This document shows positions 32,680 through 41,450 of a stretch of DNA of 64,000 nucleotides, piece by piece. The position numbers and the translations under genes are program-made. This stretch comes from Polyangiales bacterium. GTDB lineage: Bacteria > Myxococcota_A > Polyangia > Polyangiales > Polyangiaceae. Below the pieces are notes generated by a model. That model had not been told where the DNA came from. It searched no databases and worked only from the letters and a program-made list of their open reading frames with translations. The stretch's first letter is position 1. Every line of letters begins with the position of its first letter. The stretch covers positions 32,001-96,000 of the forward strand of contig JBBRLQ010000007.1 of NCBI GenBank assembly GCA_038231275.1, written 5' to 3'.

Positions 32680-33750
32680 TTACGTCCCCGTCGGGAGGGT
32701 CCGCTCGCCGATCACGAGCGCGTTGGCGAACGGCGTTCCCTCGTCGCAGGCTGCCACACGCACCGCGAGCCCCCGCTTCTCGAGCGCCGCCGTCAGCTCC
32801 GCGACGGTCCTGGCGTGGGGAGCGGCGCGCGTTCGCTCGGCGAGCCGCGTCAGGGCGCTCCAAAGGCCGGGTCTTCGATCGATCTCGCGCACGACGACGC
32901 GTCTCCTCGCCGCCCTCGATGCGCGCTCGAGCAGAGCGTCTTGATCGCTCGGCGTCATGTAGTGCAGCACGTCGATGAGCAGCACCGTATCGCACGCCGC
33001 GATCTCGGCGGTGCGCGCGTCCTCCGCGTCGAACTTCGCGGGTAGCCCTGCGCCTGCGAGCCGCGCGAGGGCGATGCGATCGGCGTCTGCGTCGAGCCCC
33101 ACGACGGCAGTGGCCTGCCCCGTCGTCAGCACGAGGAGTGACAGATACCCGGCGCCGCACCCGACGTCGCACACCTCGCCAAGCGGACCGAGCTCGGTGA
33201 CGGCGCGGCTCACCGGATCGGTCGCCAGCTTCGCGCGCGCCTGCACGCGGGACGAGCGGGAGGCATACCTTCGCGCGACCTCTTCGATCGCGCGGCCCAG
33301 CGCCGTCTTGCGCGGCGCCGCGGCGACCACGAACCACGTGAGCGCGCCGAGCGCGGCTGCCGACAGCGGCGCGAGCACCAGCGTGCCCACCGCGAGATCG
33401 CCCGCGAACGTCATCAGCCCGTGCGCGTGCAAGGTCGCGCGATCGATCGGGAGCGTCGCCCCCGTGCGCGCGAGGGCGCCGAGCTGGACCTCCGCGAGCG
33501 TGATGAACGGCGCGAAGAAGGGGAGCGACACGTTCGCCGCGACGTAGGCGATGCGCGCGTCGAGGCGGAGCGGAAGGCAGACCGCCAAGACCAGGAGAAA
33601 GTGAGCGCCGTAGAGCGGCGTTACGCCGATCGCGACGCCCACCGCGACGCTCGCCGCCGCGCGCCACGCCGTGACCTCGCCGCCGCGAAGCCGCGACCAC
33701 GCCGCGCGAAGCGCGCCACGCAGGCCTCCTGCTCCCGCGCGCGCCGTCAC
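32680..33750 (-). CDS. DUF2062 membrane domain fused to class I SAM methyltransferase
   Basis: AASVAVGVAIGVTPLYGAH...NVSLP; DVGCGAG, IDVLHY; GTGA overlap with TPR gene. Confidence 0.8.
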   Translation of the reverse strand: MTARAGAGGLRGALRAAWSRLRGGEVTAWRAAASVAVGVAIGVTPLYGAHFLLVLAVCLPLRLDARIAYVAANVSLPFFAPFITLAEVQLGALARTGATLPIDRATLHAHGLMTFAGDLAVGTLVLAPLSAAALGALTWFVVAAAPRKTALGRAIEEVARRYASRSSRVQARAKLATDPVSRAVTELGPLGEVCDVGCGAGYLSLLVLTTGQATAVVGLDADADRIALARLAGAGLPAKFDAEDARTAEIAACDTVLLIDVLHYMTPSDQDALLERASRAARRRVVVREIDRRPGLWSALTRLAERTRAAPHARTVAELTAALEKRGLAVRVAACDEGTPFANALVIGERTLPTGT

Positions 33751-34469
33751 CCCGTCGGCGGCGACGACCGGCTGGTCGCGAGCATCCGCAGGTACATCTT
33801 CGCGCGCGAGTTGTCGGGCTCGAGCCTCTCGACCTTGTGCCACGTCTCTTCGGCCCCTTTCGGATCGCCCATCGCGAGGAGCGTGACCCCGAGCTGCAGG
33901 AGGGCCGGAACGAAATTCGGACGCGCGGCGAGCGCGGCCTCGTAGTGCTCCTTCGCGCGCGGCAGGTTATTTACCTCGCGCAGGAGGCCGCCCAGCTTCG
34001 TCTGGAGATCGGCGAACTGCGGGCACAGGTTGACGGCCTTCTCGAGCTCGCCGATCGCTACGTGGGCGAGCGCCGCGTCGGCGTAGGCCTGCGCGAGGTC
34101 GGCGTGCATGTTCGCGAGCTTGCCGCGCGCGAACGGGTCGAGCCCCTGCAGGCTGCCGGTGGGGCTCCCCTTGATGCGCTTGTAAACGAGCTTCGCGGCT
34201 TCGTACTTCCCGCGATCGTTGTACGTGACCGCGAGGTTCAGCGCCGCCTCGGTGTACGCGGGGTTCAGCTCCAGCGCCCGCTCGAAATGCCTCTCGGCCT
34301 GGATGAAGTTGCCACGCGAGTGACAGATCACGCCGAGCATGTCGTGGACGTCGGCGAAGCGATCGTCGTGCTCGAGCACTTGACGGAGCAATTCCTCCGC
34401 CTTCTCGAAGTCACGATTCGCGTAGTGCTCCCGCCCGACCAGCAGGAGCTGCTTCACGGCCTCATCCAT
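33747..34469 (-). CDS. Tetratricopeptide repeat protein
   Basis: FERALELNPAYTEA, LEKAVNLCPQFADL, YEAALAARPNFVPA repeats. Confidence 0.9.
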   Translation of the reverse strand: MDEAVKQLLLVGREHYANRDFEKAEELLRQVLEHDDRFADVHDMLGVICHSRGNFIQAERHFERALELNPAYTEAALNLAVTYNDRGKYEAAKLVYKRIKGSPTGSLQGLDPFARGKLANMHADLAQAYADAALAHVAIGELEKAVNLCPQFADLQTKLGGLLREVNNLPRAKEHYEAALAARPNFVPALLQLGVTLLAMGDPKGAEETWHKVERLEPDNSRAKMYLRMLATSRSSPPTG

Positions 34470-34574
34470 GGAGGGCAGGCTACCAGCACGAGTGGCGGCC
34501 CGTCACGCGCGAGATCGCTCGAAAATTCGGCCCGGATTGCACCTCCGCCCGGCCCCGGCTATGCCCCCCCGGTC

Positions 34575-36137
34575 GTGCCGGAGCCGGAGTTCCTTCCCCA
34601 AGACGGCCTCGAGCCGACCACGCCGTCGCTCGCGCCGACGAGCGACGCGCCGCCCCCACCGCCGCCGCCCTCGCGCCGCGTGCCGCGTGCCGTCAAAATC
34701 GGCGCGTCGTTCATGTGCGGCGCCGCCGCCGCGGTCCTCATCGTCTACACGGTGGAGGCGCGGGACAAGCGGTCGCAGGAGCTCGCTGCGCAAGCCGCGC
34801 CGTCCGAGGTGACCGCCCCCGCCGTGGTCCTCACCGGCGCCGACGCATCCCTCGACGACGGAGGGGACGGAGGCAACCTCAGCGTCGACGCGGCGCCCGC
34901 CCCGATCGTCCCGGTGTGGCGCGTCGCGGAGATGAAGGGAGAGACCAAGGGGGACGGGAACGTCGATTTGGTCGAGGGCGTCGTCGGCAAGCGACCCTTC
35001 TCCACCGCCCTCATCGTCACCGGCGTCGCGCGCGCGGAGATGCAGCGCATCGTGAAGGCGTTCCAGGACGTCCGATCCTTCGATCGCGTCGGCCCCAAGG
35101 ACACGTTCGTCGTCGCGAAGGAGAAGAAGACCGGGCACGTCGTCGCGTTCGAGTTCGCGTCGTCGCCGGGCGACGTGTGGCAGGCGCGCGAGTCGAGCCC
35201 GGGCGTCCTCGAGGGCAAGAAGCTCGATCTGGTCGTCGAGCGCGTGCGGGTTGCGGTCGGCGTCGTGGTCGAGGGGGACCTTCGCGCGAGCGTCGTGAAG
35301 GCGGGGCTCGACGACGATCTGCTCGACCAGCTCGACGACGCGCTCGAAGGCCACGCCGAGCTCGCCGACCTCCGCCCCGGCGCGCGACTCCGCGTCGTCG
35401 CGACCGAAGAGCACGTGCAGGCGAAGTTCACGCGCTACGTGGAAATCGACGCGGTCGAATACACGCCGGCGAGCGGTGCGCCTCCCGTTCGCGTCTACCA
35501 CCAGGGCACCGGCAAGGCGCCCGGCTTCTACGACGCGAAGGCGCAGCGCCCGTTCCGCGGTGGCTGGCGGACGCCGGTGCCGCTCGCGCGAATCAGCTCG
35601 CGCTACAACCCGAAGCGCATGCACCCCGTTCTTCACGTGGTGATGCCGCACAACGGGATCGATTTCGCGGCGTCGCCAGGCACGCCGGTGTACGCGTCGG
35701 CGGCGGGGAGCGTGCAGTCGGTCGGCGACGGAGGGCCGTGCGGCAACATGGTGCAGGTGAAGCACACCAACGGCCTGACCACTGCGTACTGCCATCTTCA
35801 GCGGTTCGCGCCGGGGCTTCACCCGGGGATGCACGTCGAGCAGCGTCAGCTCGTCGGCTTCGTCGGCCAGACCGGCCGCGCCACCGGACCGCACCTGCAC
35901 TTCGCCGTGAAGCGCGGCGACATCTTCATGGATCCGCTCGGCTTGAAGCTCGACGGCGTGCGCGTCCTGCCCGCCGAGGATCGCGACGACTTCACCAAGA
36001 CCCGCATCGAGCTCGACGGCGTGCTCGACGCGATCGCAATGGGCGGCGGCACCCTCGACGCCGGGGCGCAGCCTATCCCCGCCGCGCCCGCGACGGACGC
36101 GGGCCCCGAGGACACGGTGCTCGACGAGGCGCCGTGA
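34575..36137 (+). CDS. M23 family peptidoglycan endopeptidase
   Basis: TM near N-terminus; HNGIDFA, YCHL, TGRATGPHLHF; start approximate. Confidence 0.9.
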   Translation: MPEPEFLPQDGLEPTTPSLAPTSDAPPPPPPPSRRVPRAVKIGASFMCGAAAAVLIVYTVEARDKRSQELAAQAAPSEVTAPAVVLTGADASLDDGGDGGNLSVDAAPAPIVPVWRVAEMKGETKGDGNVDLVEGVVGKRPFSTALIVTGVARAEMQRIVKAFQDVRSFDRVGPKDTFVVAKEKKTGHVVAFEFASSPGDVWQARESSPGVLEGKKLDLVVERVRVAVGVVVEGDLRASVVKAGLDDDLLDQLDDALEGHAELADLRPGARLRVVATEEHVQAKFTRYVEIDAVEYTPASGAPPVRVYHQGTGKAPGFYDAKAQRPFRGGWRTPVPLARISSRYNPKRMHPVLHVVMPHNGIDFAASPGTPVYASAAGSVQSVGDGGPCGNMVQVKHTNGLTTAYCHLQRFAPGLHPGMHVEQRQLVGFVGQTGRATGPHLHFAVKRGDIFMDPLGLKLDGVRVLPAEDRDDFTKTRIELDGVLDAIAMGGGTLDAGAQPIPAAPATDAGPEDTVLDEAP

Positions 36138-36201
36138 GTTTTATTTGGGGCAGGGTTCCCAATCCTGCGGGCTGGCGAGTTAACCCTCCGAGACCCGCCA
36201 C

Positions 36202-37956
36202 ATGACCTCCTTCACCAAGTCCGCAGCGTCCGTCGTCCTCGGGGGGACCCTCTCGCTCGCGCCGGGCGCCGCACGCGCCGAACCGCTGCCCACGTCGGCC
36301 GCGCCGCATCCGCACGCCTACGGAATCATCGTCGGCAGCAACGCCGGCGGGGCCGGGCAGCAGACGCTCCGGTACGCCGAGGACGACGCCGCGCGGGTCG
36401 CCGCCGTCCTGCGCGATCTCGGGCGGTTTGGCACGAGTGATCTGCGGGTGCTGGCGCATCCGGACGGCGCGAAGATCCTCGCGACGCTCGACGAGCTCGC
36501 GCCAAAGCTGAAAGAGCACGCCGATCGCGGCGAACAGGCGACGTTCTTCTTTTATTACTCGGGCCACGCCAAGGCGAGCGCGCTCACGTTGGGCGACGGG
36601 GAGCTGCCGCTTGCGGTGCTGCGCGATCGCCTGCGTCAGCTCCCTGCGACGCTCACGCTCGTCGTCCTCGATGCATGTCAGTCGGGCGCGTTTGCGCGCA
36701 CAAAAGGCGCCGAGCCGGCCGCGGATTTTTCGTTCAACTCGGTGGCGCGCCTGACGACGAAGGGGATCGCCGTCATGGCGTCGTCGACGGGCCAGGAGCT
36801 GAGCCAGGAGTCCGACGCGCTGAAATCGTCGTATTTTACGCATCATCTGGTGGTCGCGCTGCGCGGCGCGGGGGACCAGGATGGCGACGGCAAGGTGAGC
36901 CTCGACGAGGCGTACCGCTACGCGTACCGGCGCACGCTCGCCGCGACGGCGCGCACTCGTGTCGGCATGCAGCACGCGACGCTCGAGACCGATCTTTCGG
37001 GGCAGGGCGACGTTCCGGTAACGTATCCCGCCGAGGCCGGCGCGCGCCTCGAGCTGCCGGGTCCACTCGACGCGCGCGTCCTCGTGCAGCATCACGCGAG
37101 CGGCAGCGTCGTCGCCGAGCTCGTGAAGGCTCCCGGCCCGCCGCTCCGCCTCGCGCTTCCCGCCGGTACGTACGATGCCACCGTGCGCGCGCAGGGTCAG
37201 ATCCTGGCGTGCTCCCTCACGCTGAGCGACGGTCAGCTCACCGCCCTCGAGCTCGGCACGTGCCAGATCGCTGCCGCCAACGGGCTCGCGAAGGGCTTCG
37301 AGGACGACGCCGAGACGCCTCCTTCGCCCGACGTGCCCGAGGGCACGCCGCCGCTCGGTCTCCGGGAGATCGATCGCTGGGCCATCGAGGGAAGCCTCGG
37401 CATCATGACGCGCACGACCGACGACGCGTACGTGCGCACGCTGTCGACGTTCGATTACGAAGAAAAATCGCCGACGCTGCGACCCGCCGGGCGCGCGGCG
37501 CTCGGCGTCACTCGATTCCTCGCGCCACACCTCACGCTGCTCGTCCAAGGGCAGACGCTCACCGGCGACGTCTACACCCGCAGCGTGAGCGGCGACTCCG
37601 ATGAGCTCACGTTCCAGGGCTTCGGCGCCGGCGCGTACCTCCGCGCGCACACCGACGTCGCGCCGCGCCTCCTCCAGATCTACGGACAGGCCGGCGGCGG
37701 CGCCTCGATGGCGACGACCACGCTCACCACCAGCGCCGACAAAAACCCGCACAAGACGAGCGACGTCGCGTGGGGGTACCTCTTGGGCGGCGCGGTCGGC
37801 GTCGCGGTCGTCGCGGATTCACGCGTCGGAGCGTTTGCGCAGGCCTCCTACGAGCGCGCGCCGGCGATGGTGAACGCGTTCGGCGAACGGCACGACGTGG
37901 GCGGCTTCGCGGTGTCGCTCGGAGTGCGCCTCAACTTCGGACGGGGGACGCGATGA
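36202..37956 (+). CDS. Exported caspase-family (C14) protease with C-terminal beta-barrel-like domain
   Basis: Signal peptide (AARA-EP); LRYAEDDA, YYSGHA (His), LDACQSG (Cys); C-terminal GFAVSLGVRLNF. Confidence 0.88.
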   Translation: MTSFTKSAASVVLGGTLSLAPGAARAEPLPTSAAPHPHAYGIIVGSNAGGAGQQTLRYAEDDAARVAAVLRDLGRFGTSDLRVLAHPDGAKILATLDELAPKLKEHADRGEQATFFFYYSGHAKASALTLGDGELPLAVLRDRLRQLPATLTLVVLDACQSGAFARTKGAEPAADFSFNSVARLTTKGIAVMASSTGQELSQESDALKSSYFTHHLVVALRGAGDQDGDGKVSLDEAYRYAYRRTLAATARTRVGMQHATLETDLSGQGDVPVTYPAEAGARLELPGPLDARVLVQHHASGSVVAELVKAPGPPLRLALPAGTYDATVRAQGQILACSLTLSDGQLTALELGTCQIAAANGLAKGFEDDAETPPSPDVPEGTPPLGLREIDRWAIEGSLGIMTRTTDDAYVRTLSTFDYEEKSPTLRPAGRAALGVTRFLAPHLTLLVQGQTLTGDVYTRSVSGDSDELTFQGFGAGAYLRAHTDVAPRLLQIYGQAGGGASMATTTLTTSADKNPHKTSDVAWGYLLGGAVGVAVVADSRVGAFAQASYERAPAMVNAFGERHDVGGFAVSLGVRLNFGRGTR

Positions 37957-38822
37957 GCTGGAAGACACTCGCGGCGAAGGTCACGCTCGTCGGCTGCGCC
38001 GTGGCGTGCATGGCGCCCGGCTGCAATGGCGACGTCTTGAACGACTCGACGTTCCGCCTCTGGTGCGGCGACTCTCTGTGCGCCTGGAACCTCGACGCGG
38101 GGCACGTCAAGCAGACGAGCACGTGGCACGCCGACGACTACGGCGTCGAGCTGCTCGACACGCCCACGCAAATCTCCCAAGACACCCGCGAGGCCTCCGA
38201 CTGCATGGAGTTCTCGGCAGTGGCCGACGTGGACGCCGCCGCGGGGACGCGCGTCCAGGTCGACTTCAACCTCGACGGCGTCCCCGACTTCGACGAGGCG
38301 ATCGCCGAGACCCACTGGGGACGCGCCCGCCTGCTCATCCACGCGCCCGACCATTTCAACGACTACGGCGACCGCGTCCGCGTCATCCTCCGCAAGAACG
38401 GCGTCGGGCGCGCGGTGCTCGCAGAGATCCGGCTCCAGCGCGTCGAGACGTGCACTGGCGGGCGGACCACGCTCCGGCACGTCGCCGTCGGCGAGAGCTG
38501 CGTCTCCCCGGCCGAATGCGAGAGCAGCGTGTGCTGCGGATCGATCTGCTCGACCTGCTGCGCGACCGGACCGAATGCCTGCACCGGCGGCGACGCGTGT
38601 GGCAGGCCCAGGGTCGTCGCGCCCACACCTTCGCCAGGCGGCGAGTTGGCAGCCGTGCCTTCGCTATGCGGGCCCGGTTTGTCCCACGGCGCCGCCGGAG
38701 CACCGTGCATCAATGCAAACGACTGCGCGTCGAACGCGTGCGAAGGCGCGACGCCGGAGTCCGAGTGCTTCGGCGACGCGGGCTGCTTCGTCACCAAGGT
38801 GCACCCCGGCAAATGCCGGTAG
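37953..38822 (+). CDS. Cys-rich lipoprotein
   Basis: ATGA overlap; signal ending APGC; C-terminal Cys-rich domain. Confidence 0.8.
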   Translation: MSWKTLAAKVTLVGCAVACMAPGCNGDVLNDSTFRLWCGDSLCAWNLDAGHVKQTSTWHADDYGVELLDTPTQISQDTREASDCMEFSAVADVDAAAGTRVQVDFNLDGVPDFDEAIAETHWGRARLLIHAPDHFNDYGDRVRVILRKNGVGRAVLAEIRLQRVETCTGGRTTLRHVAVGESCVSPAECESSVCCGSICSTCCATGPNACTGGDACGRPRVVAPTPSPGGELAAVPSLCGPGLSHGAAGAPCINANDCASNACEGATPESECFGDAGCFVTKVHPGKCR

Positions 38823-38834
38823 CGTGAGTGAGGG

Positions 38835-39317
38835 ATGGAGGCCTACGCGCGCTACGGGCGCGCTCTCGTTCGAAAGGCGGAGCGCATGCTCAGAAGCAAG
38901 GAGGACGCGCGCGACGTCGTGCACGCGCTCTTCGTCGATTTGCTGGAGGAACGAGCCATGCCCGCGGACCTGCCGTATTTGTACCGCGCCGTCACCAACC
39001 GCTGCCTCCGCGTGCTGCGCGACGAGAAGAACCGCGCACGCCTCCTCGCCGTCCACGATGAGTCGCTGGCCCCCGTTCGCACGCGCCTCGACGAGGCCGC
39101 GCTGTCGCTCGATCTGCTCGTGAAGCTCGTCGCGGCGCTCGACGACGGCGAGGCCGAGGTGCTCGCGTACCGCTACCTCGACGACATGACCCAGGAGGAA
39201 ATTGCGGAGATGACGGGTCTGAGCCGCAAGACGATCGGCAAACGGCTCGACGCCATTCGGGATGCGGCGACGCGCCTCGCGGGCGCGCCAAGCGGCGGAG
39301 AGGCGGGCGTGTCGTGA
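38835..39317 (+). CDS. ECF RNA polymerase sigma factor
   Basis: EDARDVVH, YLYRAVTNRCL (region 2); MTQEEIAEMTGLSRKTIGKRL (region 4). Confidence 0.9.
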   Translation: MEAYARYGRALVRKAERMLRSKEDARDVVHALFVDLLEERAMPADLPYLYRAVTNRCLRVLRDEKNRARLLAVHDESLAPVRTRLDEAALSLDLLVKLVAALDDGEAEVLAYRYLDDMTQEEIAEMTGLSRKTIGKRLDAIRDAATRLAGAPSGGEAGVS

Positions 39318-39985
39318 GCGCCACGTGCGTGTCCGAGCCGATCTCTTGGCTGCGCCTCGAGCGGTACGCCCTCGGAGAGGCGCTCGACGCCGTCGAGATC
39401 GCGCGCCACCTCGCGGAGTGCGAGGCATGCCGCGCGTGCTACGGACGCGTCGAGGTCGAGTCCGACGTTCCGCTTCGGCCGCTGCACGAGTCGCCCCCGC
39501 GCGTGCGTTCACCGTGGCGTCGAGCGGCCGTCGCGACAGGCTCTGCGCTCGCGCTGGCGGCGGCCGTCGTGCTCGTCGCGGGTCGGCGCGGCGGCGACCC
39601 CGTCGATCCGAACCGCATCAAGGGCTCCGAGATCTCGTTCACCCTCGTGCGTGACGACGACACCGTCTTCGCGGAGGCCGGCGGCTCCTTTCGCGACGGC
39701 GACCGCTTCAAAGCGCTCGTCACGTGCGCGCCCGGCACGCGCTCGCGCTTCGATCTGGTCGTCTACGACGACGAGGGCGCGACCTTCCCCGTCGACGTCC
39801 CGCCCGACTTCGCGTGCGGCAACGCGGCGCCACTGCCCGGCGCCTTCAAGCTGAGAGGCGCCGCGCCGATGCACGTCTGCTTGGTCTGGGGCGACGGTCC
39901 GCCCGATCGCCACGAGCTCTCGAAAGGCGGCTTCGATCCCGACCGTCCTCGGGTCACGTGCAAGCGGCTCGTCGCGGCGCCTTGA
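39314..39985 (+). CDS. Zinc-binding anti-sigma factor with TM and extracytoplasmic (DUF4384-like) domain
   Basis: HLAECEAC (HxxxCxxC), TM, RIKG, GDRFKALVTC; GTGA overlap. Confidence 0.82.
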   Translation: MSATCVSEPISWLRLERYALGEALDAVEIARHLAECEACRACYGRVEVESDVPLRPLHESPPRVRSPWRRAAVATGSALALAAAVVLVAGRRGGDPVDPNRIKGSEISFTLVRDDDTVFAEAGGSFRDGDRFKALVTCAPGTRSRFDLVVYDDEGATFPVDVPPDFACGNAAPLPGAFKLRGAAPMHVCLVWGDGPPDRHELSKGGFDPDRPRVTCKRLVAAP

Positions 39986-40132
39986 ATTTCGAAGCGACGC
40001 GTGCTCGAGCGCGAAAGTATCGTGCGCAGTTTGTTTCGCCGAATCCGACGGTTGAACGTGTCATACCGAAAGGTGGTTGAATGTGGTTTGGCCTGCGCTA
40101 GACGGTCGCTCCCAACCGGAGCCGAACCCACC

Positions 40133-40819
40133 ATGAAGACCTCGATCGTCGCCCTTGCAGCCCTCGTCCTCCCCCTCGTCGCCTGTGGCGGCGCCGCGTC
40201 CTCGGCCGACCCGACGGCCGGCGAGAGCGACGAGCTCAAAAGGGACGCGTGCACGAAGCCCGCGCTCGCCGCGGCGGAGGCCGAGTACGGCAACGCGCCG
40301 GACGGGACCAAGGTGAAGGTCCTCACGAAGAGCAAGAAGTACCGGGTGACCGTCGGCATCGGCAACCCCGAGGACGGCGCGCACGACTACTACGTCGAGT
40401 TCCCGGCGGGCTGCTCCTCCACGCCGAAGGTGACCGAGGTGCCGTTCCTCCCGCACCCGCTGCGCGACGCCGCGCACGCCGCGTACGACACGATCCTCTG
40501 GGGCCACGGCGACACCCTCGCATCGGCGAGCGAGACCGGCGCGAGCGGGTTGCCTAAGGCCGCGAAGCAGCAATTCGATTCCTGGACGCGCGCCGGCAAC
40601 TCGAATTGCTCGGCTGTGAAGGCCTACGAGGTGAAGGTCCACGGCGCGTCCACGTTCGCCGTCGCGTGCGACGTCGTCGGCGATTCGATCAAGCTCTCGT
40701 TCGGAATCTGGGACGACAAAGGCTCGTCCGTCGATCAAGCTTCGGTCTATGGCCTGTCGTCCGGCGTCGGCGACAAGGGAGTCTCCTGGCAGAACGAGAC
40801 GTTCCAAGTCCAGGACTGA
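40133..40819 (+). CDS. Hypothetical lipoprotein
   Basis: MKTSIVALAALVLPLVAC lipobox. Confidence 0.8.
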   Translation: MKTSIVALAALVLPLVACGGAASSADPTAGESDELKRDACTKPALAAAEAEYGNAPDGTKVKVLTKSKKYRVTVGIGNPEDGAHDYYVEFPAGCSSTPKVTEVPFLPHPLRDAAHAAYDTILWGHGDTLASASETGASGLPKAAKQQFDSWTRAGNSNCSAVKAYEVKVHGASTFAVACDVVGDSIKLSFGIWDDKGSSVDQASVYGLSSGVGDKGVSWQNETFQVQD

Positions 40820-40974
40820 GCGATCACGACGCGGCAAGAGCTCCGTTCATCGTGCTCGTGAACGGTCGCGCTCTCGACGACGGTCCTCGGCGGCCTCTGG
40901 CGGGTCCTCGTTGGCCATTGAGGGAATCGCCCGTGCGAGTGGACGTGCGGCCCTGAATGCTTACGCTACAGGGG

Positions 40975-41415
40975 ATGTCCGACGCCGCCCCGCCGCCGGC
41001 CCCCGAGCCCGCGGCTTCTCCTGCGCCCGCTCCCGTCTCTTCGTCGCCGCCGGTGCTCTGCCGCGACAAGGCACGCGGGCTGGTCCACAAATACGCCGCG
41101 GGCGGGGTCGCCTGGGCCATGCTCCCGCTCCCGCTCCCCACGAGCCCGGTCTTGACCGCGCTCGAGGCGCACATGATTTACTGGATCGCGCGCACGTACG
41201 GCGAAGCGCCGAGCCACACCGACACGATCATGCTCGCCGCCGGCCTCGAGGTCGGCTCTACGGGCCTCAAGTACGCGGCGACGTACCTCGTCGGCTTCGT
41301 CCCCGTGATCGGCTGGGGCATCAAGGGTGCCATCGCCGGCGTCGCGATCGAGACGATGGGCCGGCTGATCATCCAGCACTACGAGTCGAAGTACCCCGGC
41401 AAGGTTGCGGCATAA
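40975..41415 (+). CDS. DUF697/YcjF-like membrane protein
   Basis: LPLP...LEAHMIYWIARTYG...FVPVIGW..GAIAG..ETMG. Confidence 0.7.
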   Translation: MSDAAPPPAPEPAASPAPAPVSSSPPVLCRDKARGLVHKYAAGGVAWAMLPLPLPTSPVLTALEAHMIYWIARTYGEAPSHTDTIMLAAGLEVGSTGLKYAATYLVGFVPVIGWGIKGAIAGVAIETMGRLIIQHYESKYPGKVAA

Positions 41416-41450
41416 GCCCGTGCGTTTTCTGGTAGCGTAGCCCCGCACGA

